Positions 38,346 through 51,957 of a stretch of 64,000 bases of DNA are shown here, one piece after another. Made by a program: the position numbers and the translations under genes. The first letter of the stretch is position 1, and every line of letters begins with the position of its first letter. The notes under the pieces were generated by a model that saw nothing but the letters and a program-made list of their open reading frames with translations, was not told where the DNA came from and did not search any database. Source of the DNA: Mobula hypostoma (taxonomy: Eukaryota); contig NC_086097.1 of the NCBI RefSeq assembly GCF_963921235.1, positions 136,464,001 to 136,528,000 on the forward strand. Direction: 5' to 3'.

Positions 38346-40750
38346 ATCTAGATATAAAAAGTATTCACCACCCCATTGGAAGTCTTCATGTTTCATTGTT
38401 TTACAACATTGAATCACAGTGGATTTAAATTGGCTATTTTTTACACTGATCAACAAGAAAGACCCTTTTGTGTCAAAGTGAAAACAAATGTCTACAAATT
38501 GGTCTCAATTTTTACAATTATTACACACAAGGTATTTGATTGCATAATTTCTCACCCCCTTCACGTCAGTATTTAATAGTTGCCCCTTTGGCAGCAATTA
38601 CAGTGAGGAGACTGTGTGAATAGGTCTCTATCAGCTTTGCACATCTGGACACTGTAATTTTTATCCATTCTTCTTTACAAAACTGCTCAAGCTCTGTCAG
38701 GTTGCATGGGGATCATGAGTGAACAGCCCTTTTCAGGTCCAGCCACAAATTCTCGATTGGATTGAGGTCTGGACTCTGACTTGGCCACTCCAGAACATTA
38801 ACTTTGTTGTTTTTAAGCCATTTCTGTATAGCTTTGGCTTTATGCTTGGGGTCAGTGTCTTGCTGGAAAGCACATCTTCTCCCAAGTCGCAGTTCTTTTG
38901 CAGATTGCATCAGGTTTTCCTCCAGGATTTCCCTGTATTTTCTGCATTCACTTTACCCTGTACCTTTACAAGTCTTCCAGGGCCTGTTACAGTGGCACAT
39001 CCGCACAGCAAGATGCAGCTACCACCAAGCTTCATGGTAGGGATGGTATGTTTTTGATGATGTGCTGTGTTTGGCTAGACGGCTTGACGTAGTGTTTAGT
39101 CTGATGGCCAAAAAGCTCAATTTTGGTTTCATCAGACCATAGGACCTTCTTCCAGCTGACTTCACAGTCTCCCACATGCTTTCTGGCAAACTCTCGCTGA
39201 GATTCTATATGAGTGTTTTTCAACAGTGGCTTTCTCTTTGCCACTCTCCCACCAAGCTGTGACTGGTGAAGCACCCGGGCAACAGTTGTTGTCTGCACAG
39301 TCTCTCCCATCTCAGCCACTGAAGCTTGTAACTCCTCTAGAGTTGACACAGGTCTCTTGACCTCCCTCACTAGTCCCCTTCTTGCATGGTCACTCAGTTT
39401 TTGAAGACAGCCCTCTCATGGCAGATTTACAGCTGTGCCATATTCCTTCCATTTCTTGATGATTGACCGAACTGTTCTTACAAGGGATTTTCAGTGACTT
39501 GGAAATGTTCTTGAACCCATCTCCTGACTTGTGCTTTTCAATAACCTTTATGTGGTGTTCGTTTGTCTTCATGGTGTAGTTTTTGTCAAGATACTGACTC
39601 ACCAGTGGTTGGTCCTGTCTGTCTGTCTGTATCTTGTTTTTACGGCGGTTGGCATCCAGCTTAATGGTGCATTACCGCCACGCTCTGCTCCAGAATGTGC
39701 ACTAGACATACATTCTAAATCCCTTCACCCAATCTCTCACACACACACTCACAAACCTACACTTCACCCTCCCATCTTTGACCATCCTAGTATCTTATTC
39801 CTGTTTATTCATCATATTCTATAAAAAACCCCTGTACCCCTTAAAAATGCTAAAAATACCAGGACATGTGCTCTCTCACCCATGCCCAGCAACCTTTTTA
39901 ATGTGAATTCCTGCATCCCCAACTCCCTTAATTTATTTCTCATCATCTCTCTCTGTATCCCATACTTCCTGCAACACAAAACTACATGTTCTACTGACTC
40001 CTCTTCCTGACATTCCTCACACAGTCCTGTCTGGTGTTTCCCTATCATTTTCAATGTTTTGTTTAATGCACAATGCCCCAGCCTTAACCTAGTCTACACA
40101 ATGTCCTCTCTTCTGTTTCCATTACCTACCCTAGTAACTGCAACACTCTTTTGTATTTGACATAAATGCCTCCCTTTCCCCTCCCTGTCCCATCTTTCTT
40201 GCCACATTCGGTTGACTTTTTCCCAGATTACACACTTACCCTCTGCTTTACTGATACTAATGTGCATTTCCACATTTTCTTTCTTTAACGCCCTCTTTGC
40301 CAACTCATCCACCCTCTCATTCCCCTTCACCCCTACATGTGCTGGAACCCATAGAAATTTTACCTGACCTCCCTAGTAGTTGGTCCTTTTAGATACAGGT
40401 GTATTTTTACTACAATCAGTTGAAACACCTTGACTACACACAGATCTCCAAAAACAGATCACCACTTAACTAATTATGTGACTTCTAAAACCAATTAGTT
40501 TCACCAGTGATGATTTGGTGTGTCATATTAAAGGGGGGAATACTTATGCAATCAATTGTATGCAATCAATTATTTTGTGTTTTATATTTGTAATTAATTT
40601 AGATCACTTTGTAAAGATCCGTTTTCACTTTGACACGGAAGAGTCGTTTTCTGTTGACCAGTGTCAAAAGAACGAAATTAAATCCACTGTGATTCAGTGT
40701 TGTAAAACATGAAAACTTCCAAGGGGAGTGAATACTTTTCATAGGCACCA
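38346..40750 (-). mobile_element. Tc1/mariner transposon with ~200-bp IR/DR-type TIRs; transposase pseudogene 38566-39572
   Basis: [23 protein letters not shown] and [30 protein letters not shown]...TTGGAAG at both ends. Confidence 0.93.
39617..40374 (-). mobile_element. Nimb/I-clade LINE 3' end (RNase H plus CCHC)
   Basis: KFLWVPAHVGVKGNERVDELAK, RLRLGHC, CEECQEEESVEHVVLCC; (AGAC)n tail; 13-bp TSD AGTGGTTGGTCCT/AGTAGTTGGTCCT. Confidence 0.85.
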
Positions 40751-41035
40751 TATATATATAAAACACCCTAACTGCATGCCTCACTTAAAGTAAAACTGAA
40801 ACAAAACACAAGCTTATCCCAGGCTCCCTTGTTTTTCTTTCAATTAGTCCTGTGCTTTGGAGTTACTTCCATCTCCCCACCCCCTACACATTTCTTAGAG
40901 TGGAGTGACATTAGCAATTTTCCAGTCTTCTGGAATAATTCCTGAATCTAATGATTCTTGAAAGATGACTTCTAATGCTTCAATAATCTCTTCCGCTGCC
41001 TCTCTCTGAACCTTGGGGTGTCATCTATCTGAATG

Positions 41036-41330
41036 AGTGGGGCTCAGCTGGAGCTCGCCTGCCTTGGATTTGAAGGGTTATGGGTTCAAGTCCCACAGCA
41101 GAGATGTAAGCACTAAGGTTGTGGCTGAGTTTCTCGGACAGTGCTGAGGGATTGCTGCATTATAGAAAATGCTATCTAATCCTTGCATAGAATTAGGCTA
41201 AGAGACTGGCCAATATTATTATGTGTCTGCATATATTGCAGTCTGCACTTCTGAACTCTGCTTCATGGGAGCTTGCTGTGTACAAACTGGTTTGAACTGT
41301 GACCACACTTGCACATGGTAAAGTGTTCCG
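41036..41330 (+). mobile_element. SacSINE1/DeuSINE-like tRNA SINE, old
   Basis: GGGTTCAAGTCCCAC B-box, CAGTGCTGAGGGATTGCTGCA, GGGAGCTTGCTGTGTACAAA. Confidence 0.6.
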
Positions 41331-41548
41331 TAAAAGAAAAGAATTTACCTTTTACCAGTCCTCTGGAAACATTTCAGAATTTAGTGATTCTTGAAGGATG
41401 ACTACTAATGCCTCCACAATCTCTTCAGCCACCTCTTTGAGAACCTTATGATGCAATCCATCTGGTCCAGGTGACTTATTTACCTGCAAACCTTTCAACT
41501 TCCGAAGCACCTTCTCCAAAGGAATAGTGACTGCATTCACTTCTGTAC

Positions 41549-43010
41549 GTCACCATATACAACCCTGAGATTCATTATCTTGCAGGCATACTCAATAAAC
41601 CCACAGAATAATGACCATAACAGAATTAATGAAAGACAGCACCAACTTGGGCATTTGACCAGTGTGCAAAAGACAACAAGCTATGCAAACACAAAAGGAA
41701 GAAATAATAATAAATAAATAAATCTTGAGAACATGAGAAAGTGACTTCAACATAGGTTGTTGGCACTTTTCAATGATGGGGCAAGTGAAATTGAGTGAAG
41801 TTATCCCCTTTGGTTCAAGAGCCTGATGGTTGAGGGGTAATAACTGTTTCTGAACATGTTGATGTGAGTCATGAGCCTCCTGTATCTTTTTCCTGATGGC
41901 AGCTGCGAGAAGGGAGCACGGCCAGGGTAGGGGTGGGGAGGGGCGGTCCCTGAAGATGGATGCTGCTTTCCTGCGACAGCATTCCATGTAGAGTGCTCAT
42001 TGGTAGGGAGGGCTTTACTCATGATGGACTGGGCTGTAGCCACTTTTTTTTTGTAGGATTTTCCATACCAAGCTGCGATACGGCCAGTCAATCTACTCTC
42101 CAATACATATTAATAGAATTTTGTTCAAGATTTAGATGTCATGCTGAGTCTTTGCAATCTCCTAAAGAAGTAGAGGTTCTATTGTGCTTTCTTTGAACTG
42201 CATTTACGTGCTGGGCCCAGGACAAGTCCCCTGAAATAATAACACTGGGAAATTTAAAGTGGCTGACCCTCTCCATATCCGAACCCCCAGTGAGTACTAA
42301 CTTATGGACCTCTGATTTCATTCTCCTGAAGTTAATAAGCAGCTCCTTGGTCTTCCAATGGCAAACAAGAGAAAATCTGCAGATGCCAGAAATCTGAGCA
42401 ATACACACAAAATGCTGGAGGAACTCAGCAGTCCAGGCAGCATCTAGGAAAAGAGTTAAGTCGATGTTTCAGGTCGAAACCCTTTGAAAGGTCCTGCTGA
42501 AGGACTTCGGCTCAAAACATTGACTGTACTCTTTTCCTAGATGCTGCCTGGACTGCTGAGTTCCTCCAGCATTTTGTGTGCGTTGCTCCTTGATCTTGCT
42601 GACATTGAGTAAGAGGTTGTTGTTATGGCACCACTCAGCCAGATTTTCAATCTCCTATATGTTGATTTGTCACAACCTTTGCTTTAGCCAATGATAGTGA
42701 TGTCGTCAGCAAACTTGAATGAAGCATTGGAGTTGTGCTTAGCCAAACAGTGTAAACTGAGTAGAGCAGGGGACTAAGCATGCAGCCTTGTGGCGCCCCT
42801 GTGCCGATGAAGATCGTGAAGAGGAGATGTTGTCAACCCGAACTGCTGGGGTCTGCACATGGAGGAAATTCAGGACCCAATTGCAGGAGGAGGTTTGAGG
42901 CCAAAGTCTTGGAGCTTATTGATTAGTTTTGAGGTGATGATACTATTGAATTCTGAGCTGTAGTTAATCACAAGCATCCTGATGCATGCATCTTTGCTGT
43001 CCAGAAGTCC
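41549..43010 (-). mobile_element. Rex1/Babar fragment inserted in a CR1 remnant (41350-41547 and 43010-43085)
   Basis: LPSGKRYRRL...NSYYPSTIRLLN, KTKELLINFRR, FADD. Confidence 0.85.
42355..42584. mobile_element. Penelope-derived palindromic element
   Basis: ACACAAAATGCTGGAGGAACTCAGCAGTCCAGGCAGCATCTAGGAAAAGAGT and its inverted copy; 13-bp TSD GCTCCTTGGTCTT/GCTCCTTGATCTT. Confidence 0.85.
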
Positions 43011-44469
43011 CAGTTCCCTGGCCCTCTTGAATTTCGGGGCATACTGCTGGTGTCTTTCACGATAAAGACTGACGCAAAATACTCACAGTGTTCTGTTACT
43101 GACTGCCCTCACTGATTATGGTCTGTTAGTGAGGAAGTTGAGGAACTGGTTGCAAAGGGAGCTACTAATGCAAACTGCTTGACCCCAGATTCTGTTGTTG
43201 ACGAACGGTGGCAACAGGAGGAAAAATGAAAAGACAAATTATTGTTCAGTGGAGCAAGACTGCAACATGTGGCTCAAAAAGCAAATAAGGTAACTGTGGA
43301 GGGCACTGGATGGTGAAGATTTTAAATGGGAGGCAAGAGGGATGGAATAAGATGGATTCAGACTCCTTTATTCCAACCATTAGTCCCAAGGACACCTCCC
43401 TTAGCTTCTTCTAGTACACCAATGACTACTAGCATTGCTTCCTGCACTTACACCTGCAGCAGGGGGGCCTTTAGTTCAGGAACACCGTTAAGTCCATGAG
43501 AAGGTTCCTTTTTTTTGACTGAATGCAGACTCTCTTAGTCTGGCGAGCTGGGAATGAAGGTCATGCTACACCTGTTATTACTAATTAGCAGCTGTAAAGT
43601 AGAGAACAGAACAAGTATGAAGGTCAGCCTGATGGTGAGGAATGGATAAACAAAGGAGGCATAGATTGTAGTTTGATTTTATTACCACAATGATTCCTAA
43701 CGTAAAAGAGAAGCGAGGGTGTGATAACAGGGTTGTGAATTAGGAGGGCGGAGACATTTGACAATTCAGAATTTGTCAGAATTTCTTGAGATGTTTGCAA
43801 GAATAGAGACTGGGGTTGATAATGATGTGTATGACCCTGAGCAGCACTGTGAATGTGTGAACACAGAGATGGTCAACGAGATTAAATGAAGAACACACAA
43901 AAAAACAAACATAAACAGGGGTCCCAGGGTGGTACAGGAACGCAAAGTTGGAGCAATGGAGGACCCTGTATTTGGAACTCAGTGCAAGTCAGCATGCACA
44001 CCTAATGCCAGTGATAGGTCCCCTTCGAGCCCCTCTGCGATGTAACATGTCTCTATAACTTCCTCTGGGTCTGCCTCCCCTCAAGATCACTTTAGAGTGA
44101 TAACTCTCCTGGAAATCAGCTGGGGATATTCTATTGCAGATACAGTACATAGTTGTTTAAAAATGGAAAATGCTAGAAACACACATCGGTGGAGAGAAAA
44201 GCAGAGTTAACTTTTCAAGTGTGGAAGACCCTTCATTGGAAAGGGAAAAAAGAGAAAAGAGCACATTCTGTTGAAGGGCCTCTGAACATGAAACACTATT
44301 GTGTTTCACTCTCTACAGATGTTGGTTGAGTGTTTCCAGCATTTGCCATTTTTGTTCCAGTTTTTCTGCATCTGCAGTTCTTTGCTCCTCTTCTTCAAAC
44401 CTGACAAGGTTGGCATTGGTGTCCTGAGAGAGGGGAATGTCAATTGATTTGGTGAAAATCAATTTATAA

Positions 44470-45010
44470 TGCATCAGGGAAACTTGCGCTCCAGCCCATC
44501 TTGTCCATGTCAACCATGTTGTCACCAGTCTAGTCCTATTTGCCCAGATCCCTCTAAACTCCTTCTATCTATAAACTTATTCAAATGTCTTTTAAATATT
44601 TTTATTGTACCAACTCAACCACTTCCTTTGGCAACTTATTTCATATATGGACCATCTGGTATGTGAAGTTGCCTCTCAGGATCTTTATAGATCTTTCACC
44701 TCTCACTTTAAGCCTATGCCCTCATGATTTTAGTTCCCCTGTGCATTCACCCTACCTACAGTATGCACCTCATGATCTTATACACCTCTGTATGATCATC
44801 TCTGAATCTCCTACATTTCAATGAATGAAGTCTGAGCCTACCCAATTTCTCCCTATAACTCAGGTCCTTGACACCTGGCAGCACCTTTATCAATCTTCTC
44901 CACATTCGTTTCAGTTTATTGGCATGTTTCTGATATCAGGGTGACCAAATCTGTCCATAAAACTCCAAGCGGTGTCTCACTTACAGCTTGTACAACTGCA
45001 ACATAATGTC
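44470..45010 (-). mobile_element. Old CR1 3' fragment, preceded by a decayed Penelope palindrome (~44150-44380)
   Basis: Similarity to other copies in the window. Confidence 0.6.
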
Positions 45011-46334
45011 TGATAGAGCATTTTTTGATTTTATACATATTTTAGAAGTGGTCAAAGTTGGCAGTCCAGCATTTATCAGTCTTTTGTGCTCGCTTTGACC
45101 AACATAGATATGGAAACACCTTCGCAAATCCCCACAGCCCTCAATGACCCTGTGATCTCACTTTCTGATGCCAACATGGGAGCTTCCTTCTGGGGGGTGA
45201 ATCCATGGAAAACATCTGGCCCAGACAGTCTATCTAGCTGAGTGCTGAAGATCCCTGCTAATCAACTTGGTGGAGTGTTTACAGATATCTTCAACTTCTT
45301 ACTTTGGCAGTCAGAGGTACTCACCTTTTCTATATAGGCATCAATTATGCTGGTGCCCAAGAAGACCATGGGTGACCTGCCTTAATGATTATCATCTAAT
45401 AACACTTGCATTCACTGTGATGAATTGCTTGGAGAAGTTGGTGATGAAGTCTATCACCTCCTGCCTGAGGAGTGGCCTGAATCCATTCCAATTTGCCTAT
45501 CATCACAACAGGTTAGCAGCAGATACCATTTTATTGGCTCTTCATCTAGCTCTGGAACACTTGGACAATGAAGATGCATACAAGACCATAAGACATGGGA
45601 GCCAAATTAGGCTACTTGACCTTTCGCGTCTGATTCACCATTTCATCATGGCTGATGCATTTCCCTCTCTCAACATCATTTTCCCGTCTTCTCCCCGTAA
45701 CCTTTAACACCATGACTAATCAGGAATCAAACAATTTCCATGTTAAATACCCCCAATGATCTGGCCTCCACAGTCACATGTGGCAATGAATTCCACACAT
45801 TCACCACCCTCTGGCTAAAGAAATTCCTACTCACCTCTGTTCCTCAACTCTTAGGCTCCCCCACTACAGAAAAACTTTCTCTCTGTATCCATTCTATCTA
45901 GACCTTTCAACATTTGATTGCTTTCAATGAGATCACCCCTCATTCTTCTAAGTTCCAGTGAGTACAGGCATGGAGTCATCAAACACACCTCAAATGATAA
46001 CACTCTCATTCTTGGAATAATTTTTGAGACCCTCCTTTGAACCCTCTCCAGCACCAGATAAGGAAACCAAAATGGCCCACGATATTCCGAGGCCTTGTCT
46101 GTACCTTATAAAGTCTCAATATTACATTGCATTGCCTTCCACACCACCAACTCAACCTGCAAGTTAACCTTTAGGAAACATTGCCAATCAGCCAATCCTG
46201 CACAAGGACTCCTAAGCCCACTTGCACCTCTGATTCTTGAATTTTCTCCCCATTTAGAAAATAGTCTATACTTTTGTTCCTTCTACCAAAGTGCATGACC
46301 ATACACTTCCCGACACTGAATTCTATCTGCCACT

Positions 46335-49300
46335 TGTAACACCTGCATAGCACCCGTCTTATCACGTGTGACTAGTCACTGCTCCCTTTAGAGAAAATCA
46401 AATTACACTAGGTGCTAGTAGGCCATCAGAACATTCTAGTATCGGTAGGAAGCAGTGAATAGAAACCACACACTTCTGGAGATAAGTTTTTTTTTAAGAA
46501 AAAGGAACTTTTTTTTAAGAAAAAGGAATATGTACAAAATATTTACATGAACAAGGACAATTAAAAAATTCCAACATTCTGTTTAGGTTCCAAATCTTGG
46601 ATATCAAACCAACACAAATTCCTTTTTAATTAGAATCAGTGAGGTTCCTTTATTACTCTAATCTCTCTAACTAATTAGATCCAGTGTTATTCCCTATTTA
46701 AAAGTTTTCAGACTAAACTTTTCTTTTTACTTATCCCTAGTCGTTAGAAAACTAATTGAATTCCTATTCTCAAGTATTATAGTTAACTTCAGTTACAGTT
46801 CCAGGCAGTATATTTACAAAAACAAAATACATCTCATTCAGTAACTTATCAAAGTTTTTGCAAAAATAATCATTTCTTGTAGAAAATCAAATTCAGATTC
46901 TTCGAATGAAAATGAACTTATACATCCAACCGTATTAAATCCCCTGCGTCATTACACATTTCGTTCCTGCAATGGTTCGTTATCTTGGGTGCCTCACCAT
47001 CTGTTTGTTGGTTCACTGGATGAAATAGTGGATCATCCACAGTAAGTCAATTCACAAACTTGTACAAAACCTGACCAAATCCCTTGGTATGAATTTACAG
47101 AACTAATTCCCGACTACACGGTAGGGACTTTGGACACTCGTCTCTGCCAATATTATCTCATTATAGCTGCTGTGTATTATAGCCAAAGCTTCAATAATTC
47201 TTTTATCGCTATTGTCTCCCCTCCAGGGGTTTCACCCTGAGGTTTTCAAGTTAGTAGGGTAAAGACACTCACTACTAATTCTGCTCTTAACAGTTCATGT
47301 CTTCAGCTTCTAATCACTGCCGTGTTTCTCTCCTCGCCTGTCCTGCATCATCCATGCCTCTTCTCACTTAGCATTTTTTTCACATTCTCTTTTTTAAAAA
47401 ACATTGGTAAACCTCGTTTTCATCCCTCCACAGATGAAACTTTCTAACATTACATCTCTGGGTTTAATTGACCTGGGTTACACGGTCTGCCTTTGAATTT
47501 ATGCAAGTCCCTTTGCATACGGCTACAGGTTGCACTATAATGGGTTTAGGGCATTCTTCATTTGTGAAATCTAGGAGACTCTACAATAGCTGAACTCAGA
47601 GCTTGGAAAAGGAACTGAACTACTGTCACTAAAGGATTTCCGAGCTCAGGATATGTTAGAGTTCTAGGTTTTTTTTCTGTGCCTAGAAGACCTCCTGAGT
47701 TCAGGCTCTTCTTTGTGAGAATTTTCATTTGTTGTGTCTTTTCTAGTCAACACTTCATCATGTGTTCCTTTTTCTTGTCAAGTCTCAAACTCATTTGGGA
47801 TTGACAAAATTTCTAGACTTCTGCCATCAGGTAAGATACACTGATTACGCACTTCCTCATTGGTTGTCGACGCTAACTTCAACCACGTCACTTGAGTTCA
47901 CCAGATGACTTTCAGTACACTTCAAGGTGTGTTCCTGCTCTCCCTAGGACTTTGTTTCACCAAGCAAGATCATGGAGCTTTTGGGACATGCTTTGCCAAC
48001 ATCAGCCTCCACTTGTCCCGCAACAGGATCTGCTTCTAGTTTAAAATGAGGCTTAGGAGTACATGACGTGACTCCCACTCACTCTATCTCTTTTCAGGTT
48101 GTCTTCTCTTTTCTACTGCTAATGCCGGATTGGGTTCTTAGCAGCAAGAGCTAGTTATGTGGCCATCTTTGGCACATTTAAAACAGTACCAAGGATTTGG
48201 TTTTACACTTGGCTGTTTGTTAGTGGTTGTGAACTCCTGTTTATCCCTGATGTCAGGCTTTCCTTTTCGTGGCATATCACTTGCTGTCCTAGAGTTCGCT
48301 TTTACCTTCTGCTGCTTTGTAGTTTGTAGAGCAGCTAGTTGACTTTGAAGCTCAGCCTAGCTACTTGAAGTTTAGTCAGTTGAGAAGTAATTGAAATTAC
48401 CTGTGCTACATCATCTTCTTTATGGGAGACTGTTTTACAGCATGTGGTTTGGCTATTCCTAAATGCTGGTTCATGCGTGTGGTTCTAGAAGCATGCTTGT
48501 CTTCCTCGTTGCGTAGAAATGTTAATAGTTCAGTAAACGATGGTGGGTTTTGTTTTTTCAGTTCCAGTTGCAGCTTTAACATTGGGAGTGGTCCCAATGT
48601 CCCCTGCAAAACTGCTTTAAGTGATGCTTGTTAGCCTCAGTTTCGGCAACTCCGCCTCACTTTACAGTCAGTGTCAACGCTACTTGAGGCCGCTGTAGGC
48701 AGGGGGACGGTTTTCACATGTGTTCTGTACCGTGTTCTTGAATTTGGCGAATAATTCATCACTATCTTCTATGGTTGCAAAAGCTGAATCCAGGAATGTA
48801 TGTAATTAGCGGGTGGACCTCCAGGGCTTGTTGACTTGATGATGTCAATAGTTGGTGGAAGTATACATTCAAATATTTTCCATGTTCTATGAATTATCAG
48901 ACACACTTGCGTCTTGCAAGAGCAGTTCGGCACTAGCATGCCAAGTCTCATAATCCGCCTCATTGGGGTTCTACCAGAAAAGGTTCGGAGCTTTACTGGT
49001 GGATTGCCATGAGCCATCAAGTCATTACTGCGCACAACGTGCTCCACTATGACTCTCTGAATATCAGGAGGGTTTAGGTCACAGGGAGAGAGTGATGGTT
49101 TCACTGAAACTCCATTTGTTTGTCTTTCAAGGACTGAGTTACTCTAACTCATAGTAGCTAGAGCTGTTTCTGGCTGGTTAGTATCAGAGGAGTCTGCTCT
49201 GAATTGAAGAGTTCTGGTCTTATTATAGAAACATAGAAACATAGAAAATAGGTGCAGGAATAGGCCATTCGGCCCTTCGAGCCTGCACCGCCATTTATTA

Positions 49301-51957
49301 TGATCATGGCTGATCATCCAACTCAGAACCCCGCCCCAGCCTTCCCTCCATACCCCTGACCCCTGTAGCCACAAGGGCCATATCTAACTCCTTCTTAAAC
49401 ATAGCCAATGAACTGGCCTCAACAGTTTCCTGTGGCAGAGAATTCCACAGATTCACCACTCTCTGTGTGAAGAAGTTTTTCCTAATCTCGGTCCTAAAAG
49501 GCTTCCCCTCTATCCTCAAACTGTGACCTCTCGTTCTGGACTTCCCCAACATCGGGAACAATCTTCCTGCATCTAGCCTGTCCAATCCCTTTAGGATCTT
49601 ATACGTTTCAATCAGATCCCCCCTCAATCTTCTAAATTCCAACGAGTACAAGCCCAGTTCATCCAGTCTTTCTTCATATGAAAGTCCTGCCATCCCAGGA
49701 ATCAATCTGGTGAACCTTCTTTGTACTCCCTCTATGGCAAAGATGTCTTTCCTCAGATTAGGGGACCAAAACTGCACACAATACTCCAGGTGTGGTCTCA
49801 CCAAGGCCTTGTACAACTGCAGTAGTACCTCCCTGCTCCTGTACTCGAATCCTCTCGCTATAAATGCCAGCATACCATTCGTCTTTTTCACCGCCTGCTG
49901 TACTTGCATGCCCACTTTCAATGACTGGTGTATAATGACACCCAGGTCTCGTTGCACCTCCCCTTTTCGTAATCGGCCACCATTCAGATAATAATCTGTT
50001 TTCCTATTTTTGCCACCAAAGTGGATAACTTCACATTTATCCACATTAAATTGCATCTGCCATGAGTTTGCCCACTCACCCAACCTATCCAAGTCACCCT
50101 GCATCCTCTTAGCATCCTCCTCACTGCTAACACTGCCACCCAGCTTCGTGTCATCCGCAAACTTGGAGATGCTGCATTTAATTCCCTCATCCAAGTCATT
50201 AATATATATTGTAAACAACTGGGGTCCCAGCACTGAGCCTTGCGGTACCCCACTAGTCACCGCCTGCCATTCTGAAAAGGTCCCGTTTATTCCCACTCTT
50301 TGCTTCCTGTCTGCTAACCAATTCTCCACCCACACCAATACCTTACCCCCAATACCGTGTGCTTTAAGTTTGCACACTAATCTCCTATGTACATCTTTTA
50401 TGTACATCTTCAGCAGTTTCAACAGTGACTACTTCCCTACTCTCACTAGTAAGGGTTTCACTGAACTGGGTTAACATCTCTCTCAAGATTTCATTATAAT
50501 CTTTCCCACTGCACTTTGCTAAGGTTTTCAACCCACCAAGGTAAGCTTGAGTGGTGTCTTTTCCAACTTTCTGAGTGTAAACACTGGCTAAAGTAACTAC
50601 ATGGAAGGAAACATTTTGGTTACCACTTGCCTGTTGAGTGTATGGGCTGGAGATCTTGCATGGCAGAAACAAAATAGTACTCTACTATGAGGGACCTGGG
50701 AAATTCTCACCAGGATCAGTTAAACAAATAACTCTGGCAACTGAACCACGTTCTTTTAGAAAGTCCAGTATCTCCTCATCTTGTTCTGTTCCTGTTATGC
50801 CATTGACTGAAACAGCATTTGGGATTTTGACACCCTTTTCCTCTATGACTTCCATTTTCATTCACTGTAAGCCTCAATTGAACAAGTAAGTTTGAACAAT
50901 AAGATTCTTTCAGTGCTTTGTATACTGATCGGTATGCTACTGGTTATCTAATACACTGCCTCCTGGCTGGCTTGCCACGTTTTATCTAACACCTGTGTAG
51001 CACCAGTCTTATTGTGTGTGACTAGTCATCGCACTCTTTAAAGAAAATCAAATTACACTTGGTGCTAATAGGCTTTCAGAAGATTCTAGTATCGGAAGGA
51101 GGCAGTGAATAGAAACCACACTCTTCTGGAGATAAGTTTTGCTTATAGGGAAAAAAGAACAATATGTACAAAATATTTACATGAGCAAGAACAATTCAAA
51201 TTTCCAACATTTTGTTTAGGTTCCAAATCTTAGATATCAAACCAAAACAAATTCCTTTTTAATTAGAATCAGTGAGATTACTTTATTACTCTAATCTCTC
51301 CGACTAATTAGATCCGGTTTACAGACTATACTTTCCTTTTTACTTATCCCAAGTTATTTAGAAAGCTAATTGAATTCCTGTTCTCAAGTATTATAGTTAA
51401 CTTCAGTTTCAGTTCCAGGCAGTATATCCGCAAGTTTAAATTCAAATTAAAAATGTTATATATATATATATATACACACACACAGTTTAACTCCATTTAT
51501 GACAATTCTCCAACATCACAACTTTTAAACAAAATAAATCTCATTCAGCAACTTATCAAAGTCTTTGCAAAAATAGTCAGTTCTTGCAGAAAATGTAATT
51601 TGGATTATTCGAATGAAAATAAACTTATACATCCAACCATATTAAATCCTCTGTGTCATTACACATTTCAGTAAATCTTTTATTGCTATTGTCTCTCTTC
51701 CAGGGGTTTCACCCTGACATTTTCAAGTTAGTAGGGTAAAGATACTCACTACTAATTCTGCTCCTAACAGTTCATGATTTCAGCTTCTAATCATTGTTGC
51801 GTTCTCTCCTTGCCCGTCCTGTGTCAGCCACGTCTCTTCTCACATAGCAATTTTTCAAATTCTCTTTTTTTTAAAGAATTGATAAACCTTGTTTTCATCC
51901 CTCCACAGGTAGAACTTTCTAACATTACATCTTTGGGTTTAATTAACCTGGGTTACA
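46335..51957 (-). mobile_element. Gypsy LTR element with PNMA-like gag and pol almost wholly deleted (LTRs 46335-47482 and 50985-51957)
   Basis: TGTAAC..GTTACA LTR ends; TSD CACT/TACT; PBS matching tRNA-Arg(ACG) at 50960-50977; gag MEVIEEKGVKIPNAV, QRVIVEHVV, LRTFSGRTP, CCHC knuckle CFKCAKDGHITSSC. Confidence 0.92.
49225..50388 (-). mobile_element. Young 5'-truncated CR1 with an uninterrupted RT C-terminal frame (49304-50388)
   Basis: PQGSVLGP and KFADDTK with no stops; (TTTCTATG)n tail. Confidence 0.95.

Larger units (their letters stand above)
35191..40868 (+). mobile_element. Gypsy LTR retrotransposon, internally deleted (5' LTR 35191-35441; partial 3' LTR ~40750-40868)
   Basis: TG..CA LTR, PBS-like TGGCAATGAG, gag MAGYIGKID, RT RICGDFKVT and YLDDI, RNase H CDALPYGI, integrase zinc finger HLGVVKMKALAQSFVWWPG; ATGCCTCACTTAAAGTAAA is shared by both LTRs. 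Confidence 0.9.
33345..41031 (-). mobile_element. CR1 LINE host, in pieces 33345-33454, 33934-35187 and 40869-41031
   Basis: VRQGSVFGPLLF and VNLWNSL motifs; the reading CTATAATTT...TGGAGTGACATT resumes after the Gypsy element. Confidence 0.8.

Noticed and set aside
43238..43294. AG...GTAACT candidate internal exon of about 40 nt
   Set aside because: Weak polypyrimidine tract, no recognisable translation and no partner exons.
48100..50865. Domesticated PNMA-type host gene
   Set aside because: It is flanked by LTRs, a PBS and a TSD and is disrupted by frameshifts and a CR1 insertion, so it is a decayed retrotransposon gag.
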